DNA of 64,000 nucleotides from an uncultured Gemmatimonadaceae bacterium (GTDB lineage: Bacteria > Gemmatimonadota > Gemmatimonadetes > Gemmatimonadales > Gemmatimonadaceae). Below the pieces are notes generated by a model. That model was not told where the DNA came from, searched no databases, and saw nothing but the letters and a program-made list of their open reading frames with translations. Below are positions 1-12,241 of this stretch, one piece after another (position 1 is the first letter of the stretch; each line of letters begins with the position of its first letter). The stretch lies in the NCBI GenBank assembly GCA_963829055.1, contig CAWHHI010000010.1, positions 1-64,000 on the forward strand, in the 5' to 3' direction. Position numbers and translations under genes: made by a program.

Positions 1-163
1 CGCGTATCGGGAGACGGTGGCATTCGAGGCGGTTTCGGCTTGACGTCCGCCGAGCCGATGGTCAGCCCGATCGCGAGAGTCGACGCAGCGGCATGTGAGG
101 GAGCTCCTGTCGGGTTCCCGCAGCCAGTCTTGCGCGAACTTCTCTTAGAGTAGTGCGCGCAAT

Positions 164-433
164 TCCAACAGCGACGCAGAATTCGCAGACGCGCTGGGAG
201 CGCGCAACGCAGAGGGACGCAGAAAACTGCACCGCCCCTTGGGAGATAGGGGTCCATCCCGCCGCGGCCGTGAAGAAAGGGGGACGGCCTCGGGCGAGCC
301 AATGCGTCCCGAGGCCGTTCCCCCTCTTTTCAAAGGCTCGGCGCACCGCCGGCGTCCCGAGCGGCCGTCTTCTGCGTCCTTCTGCGTTGCGGACCGCGAA
401 GCGGCCGCCTGCGAATTCTGCGTCGCTGTTGGA
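164..433. repeat. Nested palindromic MITE/REPIN-like element, copy 1
   Basis: Perfect 25-bp inverted repeat TCCAACAGCGACGCAGAATTCGCAG (164-188 / 409-433), inner IR 204-224 / 370-390, central hairpin at about 275-331. A related copy lies at 43720-44160. Confidence 0.85.
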
Positions 434-890
434 TCTCGCGACCAACCTCCCTCGCTCCTCGCGATGACATGGCGTTAGGCGCTTGACAGAATCGGCTCGT
501 AGGCGCTATCTGTTCCACAGGGCCCGCCAACGCTGGACCTCCAACCACTCCGATCGTGACGCACCGCCTGACGACTCCCTGCACCTCGCTCTCGACGCAT
601 TGCCGCTGCCTGGCCAAGCGCAGCGCGCGTGCGGGCGCTGTGGGCCGCGGCCGCGTCGCTCTCCGCTCCCCACGGCAGTCTTCGCCGATCGAATGCGTGG
701 CGCCTGACGCCGGCGTCTCGATCCGCGTGAACCCAGGGTAACGGCCCGGGCCCCGCGGCTCGGGCCGTTCGTGCGTCCCGCCTCTTCGCCGCTCCGGCCG
801 CGACCGTCCAGTCGCGACCGGCCACGCGCATTCGCCCGACACGAGCGCGCTCGAACAACGCCGCGCCGCGTCACCACCGGGAGCACGACC

Positions 891-2512
891 ATGTCCGCAT
901 TCTACATCACGACCGCCATCGAGTACGCCAACGGCGAGCCGCACGTCGGTCACGCATTCGAGAAGATCGGCGCCGATGCCATCGCCCGATATCGCCGGCT
1001 CCGCGGCGACACCGTCCATCTGCTCGTCGGCACCGACGACCACGGGCTCAAGGTCGCCCGCGCGGCGCAGGCCGCGGGTCGCACGCCAGGCGAGCAGGCC
1101 GACCAGATCAGCGCGGCATTCCGGCACACGTGGGATACGTTAGGCGTCGGGTACGACCGCTTCGTCCGCACCAGCACCGCGGGGCACGCCGCAGGCGTGC
1201 GGGCCATCATCGAGCGGATTCTCGCGCGGCATCCGGACGCATTCTACGAGAAGGCATACGAAGGCTGGTACTGCGTCGGGTGCGAGTCGTTTCGCGCAGC
1301 GCGTGAGCTCGACCACGGTCGCTGTGCCGTCCATCCGTCGCTCGACATCGAGCGAGTGGCGGAGTCGAACTGGTTCTTCCGCCTGAGCGCGTTCCGGGAG
1401 CAGCTGACGACTTTCCTGAGGGCAACACCAGAGTTCGTGCAGCCGGCCGCGCGATACAACGAGGTGCTCTCGCTGGTCGAACGCGGCCTCGAGGACGTCT
1501 CGATCACTCGGGCGTCGCTCGACTGGGGGATTCCCTTCCCGCTCGCTGACGCTCGCGGCCGATACCAGACGATCTACGTCTGGTTCGACGCGCTGCCGAG
1601 CTACCTGACGGCGACCGGCTTTCCCGACGCGCACGACGGTGCCGAGTGGCCGGCGCAGGTCCACGTCGTGGGGAAGGACATCACGCGCTTCCATTGCGTG
1701 CTGTGGCCCGCGGTCCTCTTCGCGGCCGGCCTGCCACTGCCGGAGCGCGTCTGGGCACACGGCTTCGTCACGGCGAATGGCGTACGACTGAGCAAGAGCG
1801 CTGGCGCCTGGATCGACCTCGACGAGGCGATCCAGCGACACGGCGTCGACGCGCTGCGGTATTTCCTGCTCCGCGAGATTCCGTTCGACGCCGATGGGGA
1901 TTTCAGCTGGCAGCGTTTCGAGAGCCGGTACGCAGCGGATCTCGCCAACACGCTGGGGAACCTAACGAGCCGAGTCGCCGCGCTCGTCGCGCGGCACGCG
2001 CCCGACGGCTGCGTTCCGCAGCGGATCCAGACCGATCGCGCACGGGTCCGTCGCGGACGCGATTCAGGCGACCGAAGCGCGAACCGCGCTCGCGCTGGAG
2101 CGCTACGTTGCCGCGTTCGAGGGGCACGTGCCTCACGAGGCCCTGAACGCGGTTTTCGAATGTACTCATCGGCGGGAACGAGTTGATCAGCCGAACGGCG
2201 CCCTGGGCCTTGGTAGCCGACCCGGCGCGACGCGACGACTTCGACTGGACGATTCGCGCGGCCGTCACGCTGCTCGCCCAGGCGGCGGTACTGCTCTGGC
2301 CCGTCATCCCGGCGACGGCCGAGCGGCTGTGGCACTCGTTAGGTGGGCCGGGGTGTGTGGAGGCGCAACGGCTTGCCGATGTCGGTCGGCTGGATCCAAC
2401 GGGTTGGCGGGTTACGCGAATTCCGCCGTTGTTTCCCGCGGTGAGGAAGTGGGGGGTCGAGTCGAATTTCAAGGGGTCAGAGCCCTTGAACCGGGCGGTT
2501 CAAGGGCTCTGA
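891..2512 (+). CDS. metG: Methionyl-tRNA synthetase (short form), frameshifted near 2040-2185
   Basis: N-terminal FYITTAIEYANGEPHVGH (HIGH motif), GTDDHG, CVGCE zinc knuckle, YVWFDAL, GKDITRFH, RLSKS (KMSKS motif). The anticodon-binding part continues in ORF 2183-2512. Confidence 0.95.
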
Positions 2513-2521
2513 CCCCTTGAA
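2468..2521. repeat. Perfect 26-bp-arm palindrome (GGGGTCAGA/TCTGACCCC REP type) between convergent genes; possible terminator
   Basis: TTCAAGGGGTCAGAGCCCTTGAACCG-gg-CGGTTCAAGGGCTCTGACCCCTTGAA. Confidence 0.85.
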
Positions 2522-2557
2522 GTTCGGACTCTGACGCCAATTTCGCCCCCGGCTCCC

Positions 2558-3388
2558 TCAGCGTCGCGACGAGTAGCCGCCGCGCCAGCCGAGGTCGAAG
2601 CTGTAGGCGCCGTAGCCTGGCCGCGGATCGTACACGCGAATCACGGCGGTGTAGTTGTTCCACGACGACGGCTGCTGCACCACACTCACGCTGCCGCGCC
2701 CGGTCTGGTCCGTGACGAAGACCTGGACGTCGTTCCGCGGCAGGCCACCGTTCGCGAAGTCGGCGCGGACGTGCCGGACCGACTTGCCGCTCAGCGTCCG
2801 GTAGTCGATGCGGTTGCCCTGGATGCGAATCTCGAGCGCGTCATCGACGTCGCCGGTCCAGCGCACCAGGTTCCGGTCGTACCCGCGGCCGTATCCGCCG
2901 TTGCCGCGACCCCAGTTTCCGTTGTCGCGGTCGTCGCGATCGCGACCGGGGCGGTTCGGATATCCATCACGGTCGTCCCACGTGCCGTTGCCGTACTCGT
3001 CAGGCATCCAGTACGCGGTGAGCCGATAGTCGTCGGCACCACTGCTGCGGTCGCGGATGCGAACGATGGTGGTGTAGTCGTTTCGCGCCGACGGCTGCTG
3101 GACCACGTCGACGTCGCCACGGCCGTCCTGCACGCGCACGGTCACTCGGCCATCACGCTGCGGGAGCGCGGTCTCGACGTTGAGCCGCTGCGACGGGAAC
3201 GGCGAGCGATCGGCCATCTGCGTTCGCGCATCGCGGCCGTGCATGGTGATGCGGACTTCGCGGTCCACTCGGCCGCTCCACTCGAAGAGCGGACGCCCCT
3301 GCGCGAACAGTGAGGACGCCGACACCGCAACCGCGGCGGCGGACAGAGGAAGCGAGATCAGGTGACGGATCGATCGACGGAACAGCAT
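2558..3388 (-). CDS. Secreted hypothetical protein with two tandem beta-rich repeats
   Basis: Signal peptide (MLFRRS...SLFAQ). Two homologous units W(S/T)GxVD...GRG.V.VVQQPS..N.YT...R..D, separated by an R/D/G/N-rich linker. AGGAG RBS upstream. Confidence 0.8.
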   Translation of the reverse strand: MLFRRSIRHLISLPLSAAAVAVSASSLFAQGRPLFEWSGRVDREVRITMHGRDARTQMADRSPFPSQRLNVETALPQRDGRVTVRVQDGRGDVDVVQQPSARNDYTTIVRIRDRSSGADDYRLTAYWMPDEYGNGTWDDRDGYPNRPGRDRDDRDNGNWGRGNGGYGRGYDRNLVRWTGDVDDALEIRIQGNRIDYRTLSGKSVRHVRADFANGGLPRNDVQVFVTDQTGRGSVSVVQQPSSWNNYTAVIRVYDPRPGYGAYSFDLGWRGGYSSRR

Positions 3389-3763
3389 TGCCACTCCTTG
3401 TAGGCGACGTAGTCGCGGTGAGGTCGATGTCCTGCCGGCTCTGTCGCCGGCGGCCCCTAACGACTCGACCGCACGTCTCCTCAAGGCAGTGCGACGTGCC
3501 CACGCGCGCGAGTGGCGCGACCCGTGTGCGCGACGTCACCGTGGTCGCGCAACTCCAAGTCGCGCTCGGCTTCGTCGCGATGCATGAATCGGTAAGGTTG
3601 GCCGATCGGACGGACTGGACGGGTGGACACGTTCACGTCCACCGTCTCGGACAAACTTGCGTCCACGCGCTCGGACGGAGGCACCCGACTCCGTGGCGCA
3701 GTCGAGGAAGAACCGTCAGCAGAACCTTCTTCGGCAACGATTGACGACTGTGCCGCTCACGCG

Positions 3764-6552
3764 TCAGTCAGTTCGCAGCGCCTCGAGCGGACCGACGCGA
3801 GCGGCACGCGACGCAGGCACGTAGCCCGCGATCGCCGCGCTCACGGCCAGCACGCCGAGCGCAACGCCGATCGACGGCAGGTCCACAGAGCTCGACGCCG
3901 AAGAGCTGATTCCGGAGCAGGCGCGTCGCGGCGATCGCGAGCGGAACCCCGACGATCGTCTCCGCCGATGACCAGTCTCATCGCCTCGCTCAGCACCATG
4001 CCGCGCACACGAGCGCGTCGGCCCCGAGCGCCATCCGGAGACCGAACTCGCTCGTGCGACGCAGCGTCGCGTACATCATCACGCCATACAGGCCTAACGC
4101 GGCGAGGGCGAGCGCCAGCGTGCCGAAGAAGCTCGCGACCTGGGCGACGAGCAGGTCCTGGCTGATGGACTGGCGCATGAGCGACGTGAGCGGCTCGTTG
4201 TCGAGCACGACCACCGACGCGTTGGCCGCCGTGAGCTCGCGGCGAGCCGCGGCCACGAGCTTCGCGGGGTCACCGGCCGCGAGCAGCTCGTACGTGAACT
4301 CCGTCGGCATGCCCGACGTCTGGAACACCGGCAGGTAGAGTCGTCCGCGCGGGCGCCTGGCGCAGCTCGTGGTCCCTCGTGTCGGCAACGACACCGACGA
4401 TCTCGTAGGTCGATGCTGTCGACCTTCATGCGACGCCCAAGCGCCTGGCCCTTCGGGAAGTAGAACGACGCCATCGTCTGGTTGACCACGGCGACGGGCG
4501 GCGCGTGCTCGTTGTCCGACTCGGCGAAGTCGCGTCCCTCGATGAACCGCGCGCCGATCGCCTTGAAATACCCTGGCCCGACGCGGTCGTAGTTCGCGGT
4601 GGTGTCGGCTTCGGTGCGAGGCGTGAAGCCCTCGACCTGACAGATTCGTGAACGACTCGGTGCCGCTGAAGATCCCGTTCTCCGAGAAGCTCGCCTCAGC
4701 GACGCCCGGGATGCGCCGAACGCGCTCGAGCAACTCGCGCGACAGCTGTGCGAGGCGCTCGTTGTCCAGACCTGTTGGCGCGGCGTCGATCGTGACGATC
4801 AGCAGACGGTCGCGCGCCAGGCCAGGATCGACGTTCGAGAGCGCCCGCGTGCTGCGCACCAGCATGCTCGTTCCCACGAGCAGCGTGAGCGAGAGCGCAA
4901 CCTGACCCACGACGAGCAGCTTCCCAACGCCGAGTCGACCCGGCGCGCCCAGCAGGCCGCCGGTGGTCCCCGCGGCTGTGGGCGCGAAGCGTGGCCGCGA
5001 GCTCGACGCGCGTGGCCCGCAGCGCGGGGATGAGTCCGAACAGGAGCGCCGTGACGCCCGGTGACGAGCACCGTGAACGCCAGCACGCGAACATCGAGCC
5101 GCGTGTCGAGCGGTACCGACCCGGGCCACCGTCGGCGATGTGCAGCAGGACCGTGCTCCCCCAGCTCGCGAGCACGAGACCGACCGCGCCGCCTAACGCG
5201 GCGACGATGAGATTCTCGGTCAGCAGTTGCCGCACGAGCCGGATGCGGCCGGCGCCGAGCGCCATGCGAACGCCGAGCTCGCGGGAGCGAGCCGCGCCGC
5301 GGGCGAGCAGCAGGTTCGCGACGTTCGCGCAGACCACGAGCAGCACGAGCGCCACCGCCGCCATGAGCGTGTTGAGCGGCTCGGCGTAGACGGCCCGGAG
5401 TCCCGGAGATGCCGCGTGCGCCGGATTCGACCTTGACTTCGTCCTTCCGGATGCTGGAGACGCCATGGGCATCCGGCGCCGTCGCGATCACCGCCTGCCG
5501 CACCAGCGTCGGATACGCCGACTGAACCTGCGCGAGCGTGACGCCAGGCCTCCGGCGTCCGATCAACAGCAGCCAGCTCTGCGTCGGCGACTTGAGCCAG
5601 TCGCGACTGGTGAGCGCCGGCTGCATGGTGAGCGGCATCCAGATGTCGGTCATGCGGCCGACGACTTCGCCGGTGAATCCCGGCGGTGCGACGCCGACGA
5701 CGGTGAACGGGATGCGGTTCACGGTGATGGCGCGACCGATGATGCTGCGATCGCCGGCGAATCGCCGCTGCCAGTACGCGTGGCTCAGCACCGCGACGGC
5801 GACGCCGTTGGCGACGCGGTCGTCGTCGACCGTGAGCGGGCGGCCGAGCGCAGCGGGACGCCGAGGACCGCGAAGTAGTTGCCGCTGACGAGGCGCCCGC
5901 GCGGATGCTCCTCGCCCGGCGGCACCGCTCCGCCTGCGCGTGCGGAGTCGGGGATCATGACGTCGAGCCGCCCGGCGCGACCGCGCGGCCAGCGAGCCCG
6001 GTGAAGAAGCGCGTCTCCTTTCGGAGCTCGAGGTAGGCACGGATAGGAGAACAGGTCGAAACGCAGCGAGCCGTCGGACGCGCTGTTCGTGCGCCGCGAA
6101 TCGCCGATCACGACGAGCTGGTCGGCGTTAGGCACCGGCAGCGGCCGCAGCAGCAGCGCGTCGATGAGCGTGAAGATCGCGGTGTTCGCGCCGATGCCGA
6201 TCGCGAGCGACAGCACGATCACGAGCGCGAAGCCGAGGTTGTTGCGGAGGGATCGCACGGCGTACGTCACGTCCTGGCGCAGCTCGGCGAAGTAGTTGGC
6301 GCGCTTCACGGTCTTCTCCTGCTGATGGTCGATGTCGAGCATCTCGGCGCGGACGGTGTCCCAGTCGCCGAACTGCGCGGAGTGCCTGCGCGCGAGCGGC
6401 GGCGGGGTCCATGCCGCGCTCGACGAGGCGCCGGATGCGCATGTCGAGGTGGAAGGCGAGCTCGGCGTCGACGTCGCGTTCGACGCGGTGAGGTCCGAGC
6501 TCGAGGCGGAAGAGCCGCCGCTTGCGGGTGGCGTGCGGTCGGAGTCCGTCAT
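3764..6552 (-). CDS. ABC transporter permease, MacB/FtsX duplicated orphan permease type, multiply frameshifted
   Basis: [70 protein letters not shown] and C-terminal PLEALRTD, spread over several frames. Confidence 0.9.
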
Positions 6553-6558
6553 GGGCGC

Positions 6559-6906
6559 TCACGTCGGCACCGGTGTGGTGGCGCGGAGCGCGCGTCCGGC
6601 GACCTCGACGAAGCGATGCCAGGACGAGGTGCCGGACTGGAGGCGCTCGCGGCCGGCTTTCGCGAGGCTGTAGTACTTGGCCTGGCGGTTGTTGTCGGAC
6701 ACTCCCCACTCGGCCGTGATGAGGCCGCGGCGTTCGAGGCGGTGGAGCGCGGGGTAGAGCGTGCCTTCGCCGATGAGGAAGGCGGCGTCGGTGGCCTGCT
6801 CGATCCATTCGACGACGGCGTAGCCGTGTCGGGGTCCCCAGCTCAGGGCTTTGAGGATGAGGAGGTCGAGGGTGCCTCGCATGAGGCTGACGTCGAGGTC
6901 GTCCAT
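6559..6906 (-). CDS. PadR family transcriptional regulator
   Basis: GTLDLLILKAL...HGY...EGTLYPALHRLE...W..SDNNRQAKYY. Lies directly upstream of the permease, a typical pairing. Confidence 0.95.
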   Translation of the reverse strand: MDDLDVSLMRGTLDLLILKALSWGPRHGYAVVEWIEQATDAAFLIGEGTLYPALHRLERRGLITAEWGVSDNNRQAKYYSLAKAGRERLQSGTSSWHRFVEVAGRALRATTPVPT

Positions 6907-6922
6907 GGGTCGCGTCGGAGAG

Positions 6923-6946
6923 GTGGTGCTAAGAGATTAGCATCAC
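6923..6946. promoter_or_regulatory. Candidate PadR autoregulatory operator
   Basis: Inverted repeat GTGGTGCTAA-gaga-TTAGCATCAC starting 17 bp upstream of the padR start. Confidence 0.6.
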
Positions 6947-6975
6947 TCCCATCGTGACGCAAGGGGAGCGGCAAC

Positions 6976-7123
6976 CAGCTGCACGCTACCTAGCCGACGG
7001 CTGCATGCTGCGGCCGCACGCTGCCCGCTGCTGCTATTAGCACCAACGACCCACGCGCTGCTCGCAGCGGCACTCAGCGTCACCCAGCAACAAGCACGAC
7101 CACCCAGCCACCAGCCGCAGTTC
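6976..7123. repeat. Dispersed non-palindromic repeat of about 150 bp, copy 1, followed by (CCCCAGT)x3
   Basis: Shares long identical blocks with 54049-54209. Confidence 0.85.
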
Positions 7124-7147
7124 CCCAGTCCCCAGTCCCCAGTCCCT

Positions 7148-8018
7148 CTACGGTTTGATCACTCCCAAGCGCTTCGCGATCAGCCGATCGAGGATGCGCG
7201 CGGGGAGCGCCAGCGGGATCGTCCAGTTCAGCAGCCGGCGGCGCACGACTGGGTAGGACGTTCGAGGCGATGGCGTAGTCAGGGCGGTCCAGACGGCGTG
7301 ACCGACTGCGTCGGCGGGGAGACCGGCGCGGCCACTCGTCAGAGCCGCGGTCAGGAATCGCGTCAGTAGCGGCTCGTATTCCGTGCCCGCGTATCGCGTC
7401 CCATCCTGCGACTCGGCCTTGTCCCAGATCGGCGTTGCGACCGAGCCGGGGTTGATGATCACCACGTCGATGCCGTACAGCATCAACTCTCGACGCAGGC
7501 TCTCGGACATTCCTTCGAGTGCGCGCTTCGACGCGGCGTAGGCGCCGAGGAACGGGGCGCTCAGGCGGCCGGCGACGGAGCTGATCTGGACGATTCGTCC
7601 CGGGCTTCCCCGTGCGGGACGGTCGGCGCCGAGGAGCGGGGCGAAGGCCTGCGTCGCAGCAAGCGCGCCGACGACATTCACCTCGAGAATGGCGGCGGAC
7701 TTCGTCGAGCGGCTGATGGATGAGCGGGCCGCCGACCGCTATGCCGGCGTTGTTCACGAGCCCGAACAGCGTGTCGCCCGTCGAGCGCCGCGGCAACGGC
7801 AGGCACGGCAGCGCGAATGGCGTCGACGTCGGTGACGTCGAACACGAGCGGCGTGAACCGGTCGCCCAGCTCGGCGCGCACTCGGTGCGCCGTCGGCTCC
7901 GCGCCTAACGCTGCCGAACACGTGGACGCCGTGGCCGACGAGGACGCGCGCGATCGCGAGCCCGATGCCGGTCGACGCGCCGGTGACGACGACGCACGGT
8001 GCGCGGTGTGATCGTCAT
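7148..8018 (-). CDS. Short-chain dehydrogenase/reductase, frameshifted
   Basis: VVTGASTGIG, LVNNAG, ISSVAG, YAASK catalytic motif. Confidence 0.9.
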
Positions 8019-8154
8019 TCCGAGCGGAGCCGCGAAGCGCGCGGCAGTCGAGGAATCGTCGCTTTCCGATCAGAGGGCCCTCTATCGGGACGATGAGCGA
8101 TTCCTCGACTGCGGCCTGACGGCCTCGCTCGGAATGACAACCGCTCGGAATGAC
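8014..8154. repeat. GTCATTCCGAGCG...CGCTCGGAATGAC palindromic REP-like element
   Basis: Terminal IR, inner GTCGAGGAATCG/CGATTCCTCGAC arms and central GAGGGCCCTC. Related copies at 9978-10088 and 12242-12377. Confidence 0.9.
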
Positions 8155-8158
8155 ACGG

Positions 8159-9709
8159 TCAGCGCGGCGCGCGCTTGATGATCATGCCGGGTCTCGCGCC
8201 CGTCGTCTTGCTGTCGGCGTACACCTCGCTCGCCGTTCACCCACACGCGCTCGATCCCCACCGACGTCAGGTGCGGCTGCTGCGGCGTCGCGCGGTCGAT
8301 CACCGTTGCCGGGATCGAACAGCACGAGGTCCGCGAACATGCCCGGCGTTAGGCGTCCACGATCGCTGGATCCCCATGTGCTCCGCCGCGAGCGACGTCA
8401 TGCGGTGCACGGCTTCCTCGAGCGACATCACCTTGCGCTCGCGGACGTAGACGCCGAGGAAGCGCGGGAACGCGCCGAAGCCGCGCGGGTGCGGGCCGTC
8501 GAGCGAACCGTCGGTGCTCAGGTTCGAGTGCGGCCAGCGCATGATGCGCTCGACGTCCGGCTCCACCATGCTCGTGCCGATCACGCTCTGCGTCGAATGG
8601 CCCGTCTTGACGCGCATCGCCTCGGATTCGCGAATGAGGTCGATGAGCGTCGTGATCGAGTCCGTGCCGCGCAGCTTCGAGATCTCGGCGACGGTCTTGC
8701 CGGCGTACGACGGGGTTCGGCTCGTAGCGACCGAGCAGCAGGCCGCCTGGCGTGGACGTCTGCGGTGAGCGCGAACTCGGCGGACGTGCGATTCTCGAAG
8801 TCGCGCTTCGGGAAGAGGACGGTGAGCGTCGAGTGCCAGTAGAGGTACGGGTAGATGTCGGCCGTGATGTCCACGCCGCTCGCGCGCGCCGCGTCGAGGA
8901 TCCTAACGAGACTGTCGGCGTGACCCCACAGCGCGCGCATGGCGAGCTTCGCGTGCGAGATCTGGACGGGGAGCTTCGCCTCGCGGCCGATGGTGATGAT
9001 CTCGTCGATCGCCTGCCAGAACGCGAAGTCCTCGCTCCGGATGTGGCTGATGTAGCGACCGCCGAACGAAGCGGCGACCTTCGCGAGCGCGATGACCTCG
9101 GCGCGGTCGGAGTAGATGCCGGGGTCGTACTCGAGGCCTGACGAGAGGCCGATCGCGCCGGCGCGCATCTCGCTCGCCAGCATCGCGCTCATGCGCGCGA
9201 CTTCGGCCGGCGTGGCGACGCGCTTGAAGTCCGCACCCATCACGGAGTCGCGAATGCTGCCGTGGCCGACGTACATGCCGACGTTGACGGCGGCCGGCGA
9301 TTTCTCGAGGCGAGCGAAGTAGTCGGCGAGCGGGAGCGGTCGAGCCGCCGTCCTGGCCGCCTATAATGGTAGTGATCCCCTGTGAGACGACGGCGAGCGC
9401 GTCGGGTTGCTCGAATAGATCGTCGTCGGCGTGGGAGTGCGTGTCGATGAAGCCGGGCGCGAGGGCGAGCCCGCGCGCGTCGATGGTACGCTCGCCGGTG
9501 CGCGGGGTCACGTCGCCGACGGCCGCGATGCGGTCACCCTCGACGCGGACGGCGCCTCGGCGTGCCTGGAGAGCCGGTGCCGTCGACCACGAGCGCGTTC
9601 GTGATGACGAAGCTCGGGCGCGCGGGCGTCGCGGAGGCGACGATGCGGGGCGCACGCGGTTCCCACGGCGAGCAGAGCGAGACGGGCGTAAGTGAATCGA
9701 TGGCATCAT
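8159..9709 (-). CDS. N-acyl-D-amino-acid deacylase family amidohydrolase, frameshifted
   Basis: LAPGFIDTHSH, QGITT..GQDG, GAIGLSSGLEY, YISHIRSE, ISHAK, HPRGFGAFPRFLG, EAVHRMTSL. Confidence 0.9.
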
Positions 9710-9977
9710 CGGAGGCTCGTTATGCGGAAAGGGCTGGCCAAGGGCCGGCATCGCGGATGTTCGGGCCTGTCAATGAGTACTCAGTGCGTGAGTCATCGGT
9801 CATCGAGTCGTCAGTCGAGTCGTCAGTAGCACCGCAGCCATGGCGGTTCGGAGCCGTTCGCCAGGCGGGACTGAAAACTGATGACCGACGACTCACGACT
9901 GACGACTTGTTACTGGCCAGGAATTGCCATGAGCTGAGTTCGAGAAGATCCCTCGCTTCGCTCGGGATGACAACCGT

Positions 9978-10088
9978 GTCATTCCGAGCGGAGCCGTGAG
10001 GCGCGCAGTCGAGGAATCGCGATCTACGGCGAGGGCCCTCTACCGGGACACGCGATTCCTCGACTCGCTCGCGCTCGCTCGGAATGAC
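9978..10088. repeat. GTCATTCCGAG REP-like palindrome, preceded by a half GTCATCCCGAG element (9939-9972) and GACGACT-type tandem units (about 9789-9907)
   Basis: Same arms as 8014-8154. Confidence 0.85.
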
Positions 10089-10168
10089 AGCCCCTGACTT
10101 GCGCCCATCTGCGCCCGCCAGAGTTGACCCTGTCTCACGAGCCCTCCCGACCCTGCCCCAGGCCCTCC

Positions 10169-12211
10169 ATGAGCGTCTTCACCGTTCTCGTCGTCGCCGC
10201 ACTCCAGGCGCAGACACCCGCCCAGCAGCAGGCGGCCGCCCAGCTTCCGCCGTCACCGATCGCGAAGCTGGTCGTCACGCCGGCCAAGCCGGTGATGATC
10301 GCGCAGGACACGCTGCGGCTGACCGCACAGGCGCTCGACGCGAGCGGGAAGCCGGTCGACAACGTTCGCTATCCGGTACATTCGGGTCCGGCGGCGCGCG
10401 GTTCGAGGGGCGCGTGGACACCACCGGCCTCGTCCGGTCCGGCTCGACCGGCACGATCCCCGTCACCGTCGTCGCGCTGGTTCCCGGGCACGCGACCGGT
10501 GACCGAGGTGGTCGAGGTGAAGATGCTGCCCGGACCCGCCGCGAAAGTCATCGATCGACGCCGCGCCGCCGAAGCTCGTCGTCGGTCAGCAGGTCGTGCT
10601 CAGCGGCAACGCGTTCTCCGCCGACCGGCGACCAGCGTCGCCGACAAGCTCGCGTGGAAGAGCTCCGCGCCTAACGTCGCGCGCGTCGGCAGCGACGGAC
10701 GACTCACCGCACTCGCGCCGGGAAAGGCGACCATCACCGGCACTGCCGGCCAGGCGTCAGGCACGCTCGCGCGTCGACGGTCGTCGCGAACACGATCGCG
10801 TCGCTCGAGATCGTTCCGAACGCCGTCGGTGCCCGCACCGGCGACGTCGCTGCGCTTCACGCGTCACCGCGAAGGACGCGCAGGGCCGGAAGATCGACGG
10901 CCTCACGCCCGACGTGCTCGTTCTCGCCCGGCCAGGGGATGATCGAGCAGGACGGCGTCGTTCGTCGGCTACGAGGCGCGGCCGTACACCGTGATGGCGA
11001 CGCATCGGCAATCGCGTCGCGCAGTCGGCCGTGAGCCTAACGCATCGCGACGCGCGTCGACAGGCGACGGTCGTCGGCCGGCTGCCGCGCATCGCGCTTC
11101 AGCACCGAGGAAGTGTGGATCCACCCGAACGGCAAGATCGTCTACCTCGGCTCCGGTGGCGGCGGCGACGTCATGTACACGATCGACGTCAGCAATCCCG
11201 CCGCTCCGGTCGTCACCGACTCGATCGTCGCGAACACGCGGCGCGTGAACGACGTGATGACGACGCCCGACGGCAAGTTCCTCGTGTTCACGCGCGAGGG
11301 CGCGAGCGACCGCAAGAACGGCATCGTCATCTGCTCGCTCGAGGACCCGGCGCATCCGAAGCCGATCGCCGAGTTCACCGAGGGCGTCACGGCCGGCGTG
11401 CACTCGGCCTTCATCTACCAGCAGGCGAAGTTCGGCACGCACATCTACCTCACGAACGACGGCACCGGCGCGCTGCACGTCATCGACATCAACGACCCGT
11501 ATCACCCGAAGGAAGTCGCGCAGTGGAAGACGACGCGCCCGGACGCCGGGCGCTCGCTGCACGACATCGACATGCAGGATGGGCTGCTCTACGCGAGCTA
11601 CTGGAACGACGGGCTCGTGATCCTCGACATCGGCAACGGCATGAAGGGCGGGTCGCCGTCGAACCCGCAGCTGGTGTCGCAGTACAAGTACGACCTCAAC
11701 GATCTGTATCGGCAGGTCGAGCTCACGGGCGGCGCCGGGCTTCATTCGCGGCACGCACACGGCGTGGCGGCACAAGAACTACGTGTTCATCGCCGACGAA
11801 GTCTTCCCGGCGAGCGGCGTGAAGGGCGCCAAGGACGCAGCGGCGGGCCGCGCGTACGGGCGGCTGCAGGTGCTGGACGTGTCGAACATCGAGAAGCCGC
11901 GATCGGTCGCGTTCTACGAGCCGGAGTACGGCGGCGTGCATAACGTGTGGGTCGCGGGCGACACGCTCTACATGGGCGCGTACAACGCGGGCTTCCGCGC
12001 GTTCGACATCGCGGGCGAGCTGCGCGGCGACCTACGTGCGCAGGAGCGCGAGATGGTGCACGTGCACACGGGCGACATGGACGGCAAGGTGCAGAACGCG
12101 CCGGACACGTGGGGCGTGGTCGTGAAGAACGGACTCGCGTACATCAACGACAACAACAATGGACTGTGGATCGTCCGCATGGAGCCGAAGAAGCCTGATG
12201 TTGTTCCGTGA
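10169..12211 (+). CDS. Secreted Ig-like (Big_2) + LVIVD-repeat beta-propeller protein, frameshifted
   Basis: WKSSAPNVARV..DG.LTALAPGKATIT Ig motif. Repeats YTIDVSNP, LHVIDINDP, GLVILDI, LQVLDVSN; HN.WV and YNAG.R. Confidence 0.8.
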
Positions 12212-12241
12212 GCGGAAGGCGGAGGGCGGACGCGGAGCGCC

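Noticed and set aside
62..478. ORFs over the palindromic elements (62-445, 153-467, 43621-44229)
   Set aside because: They are translations of repeat DNA. Similar peptides recur only because the repeat recurs.
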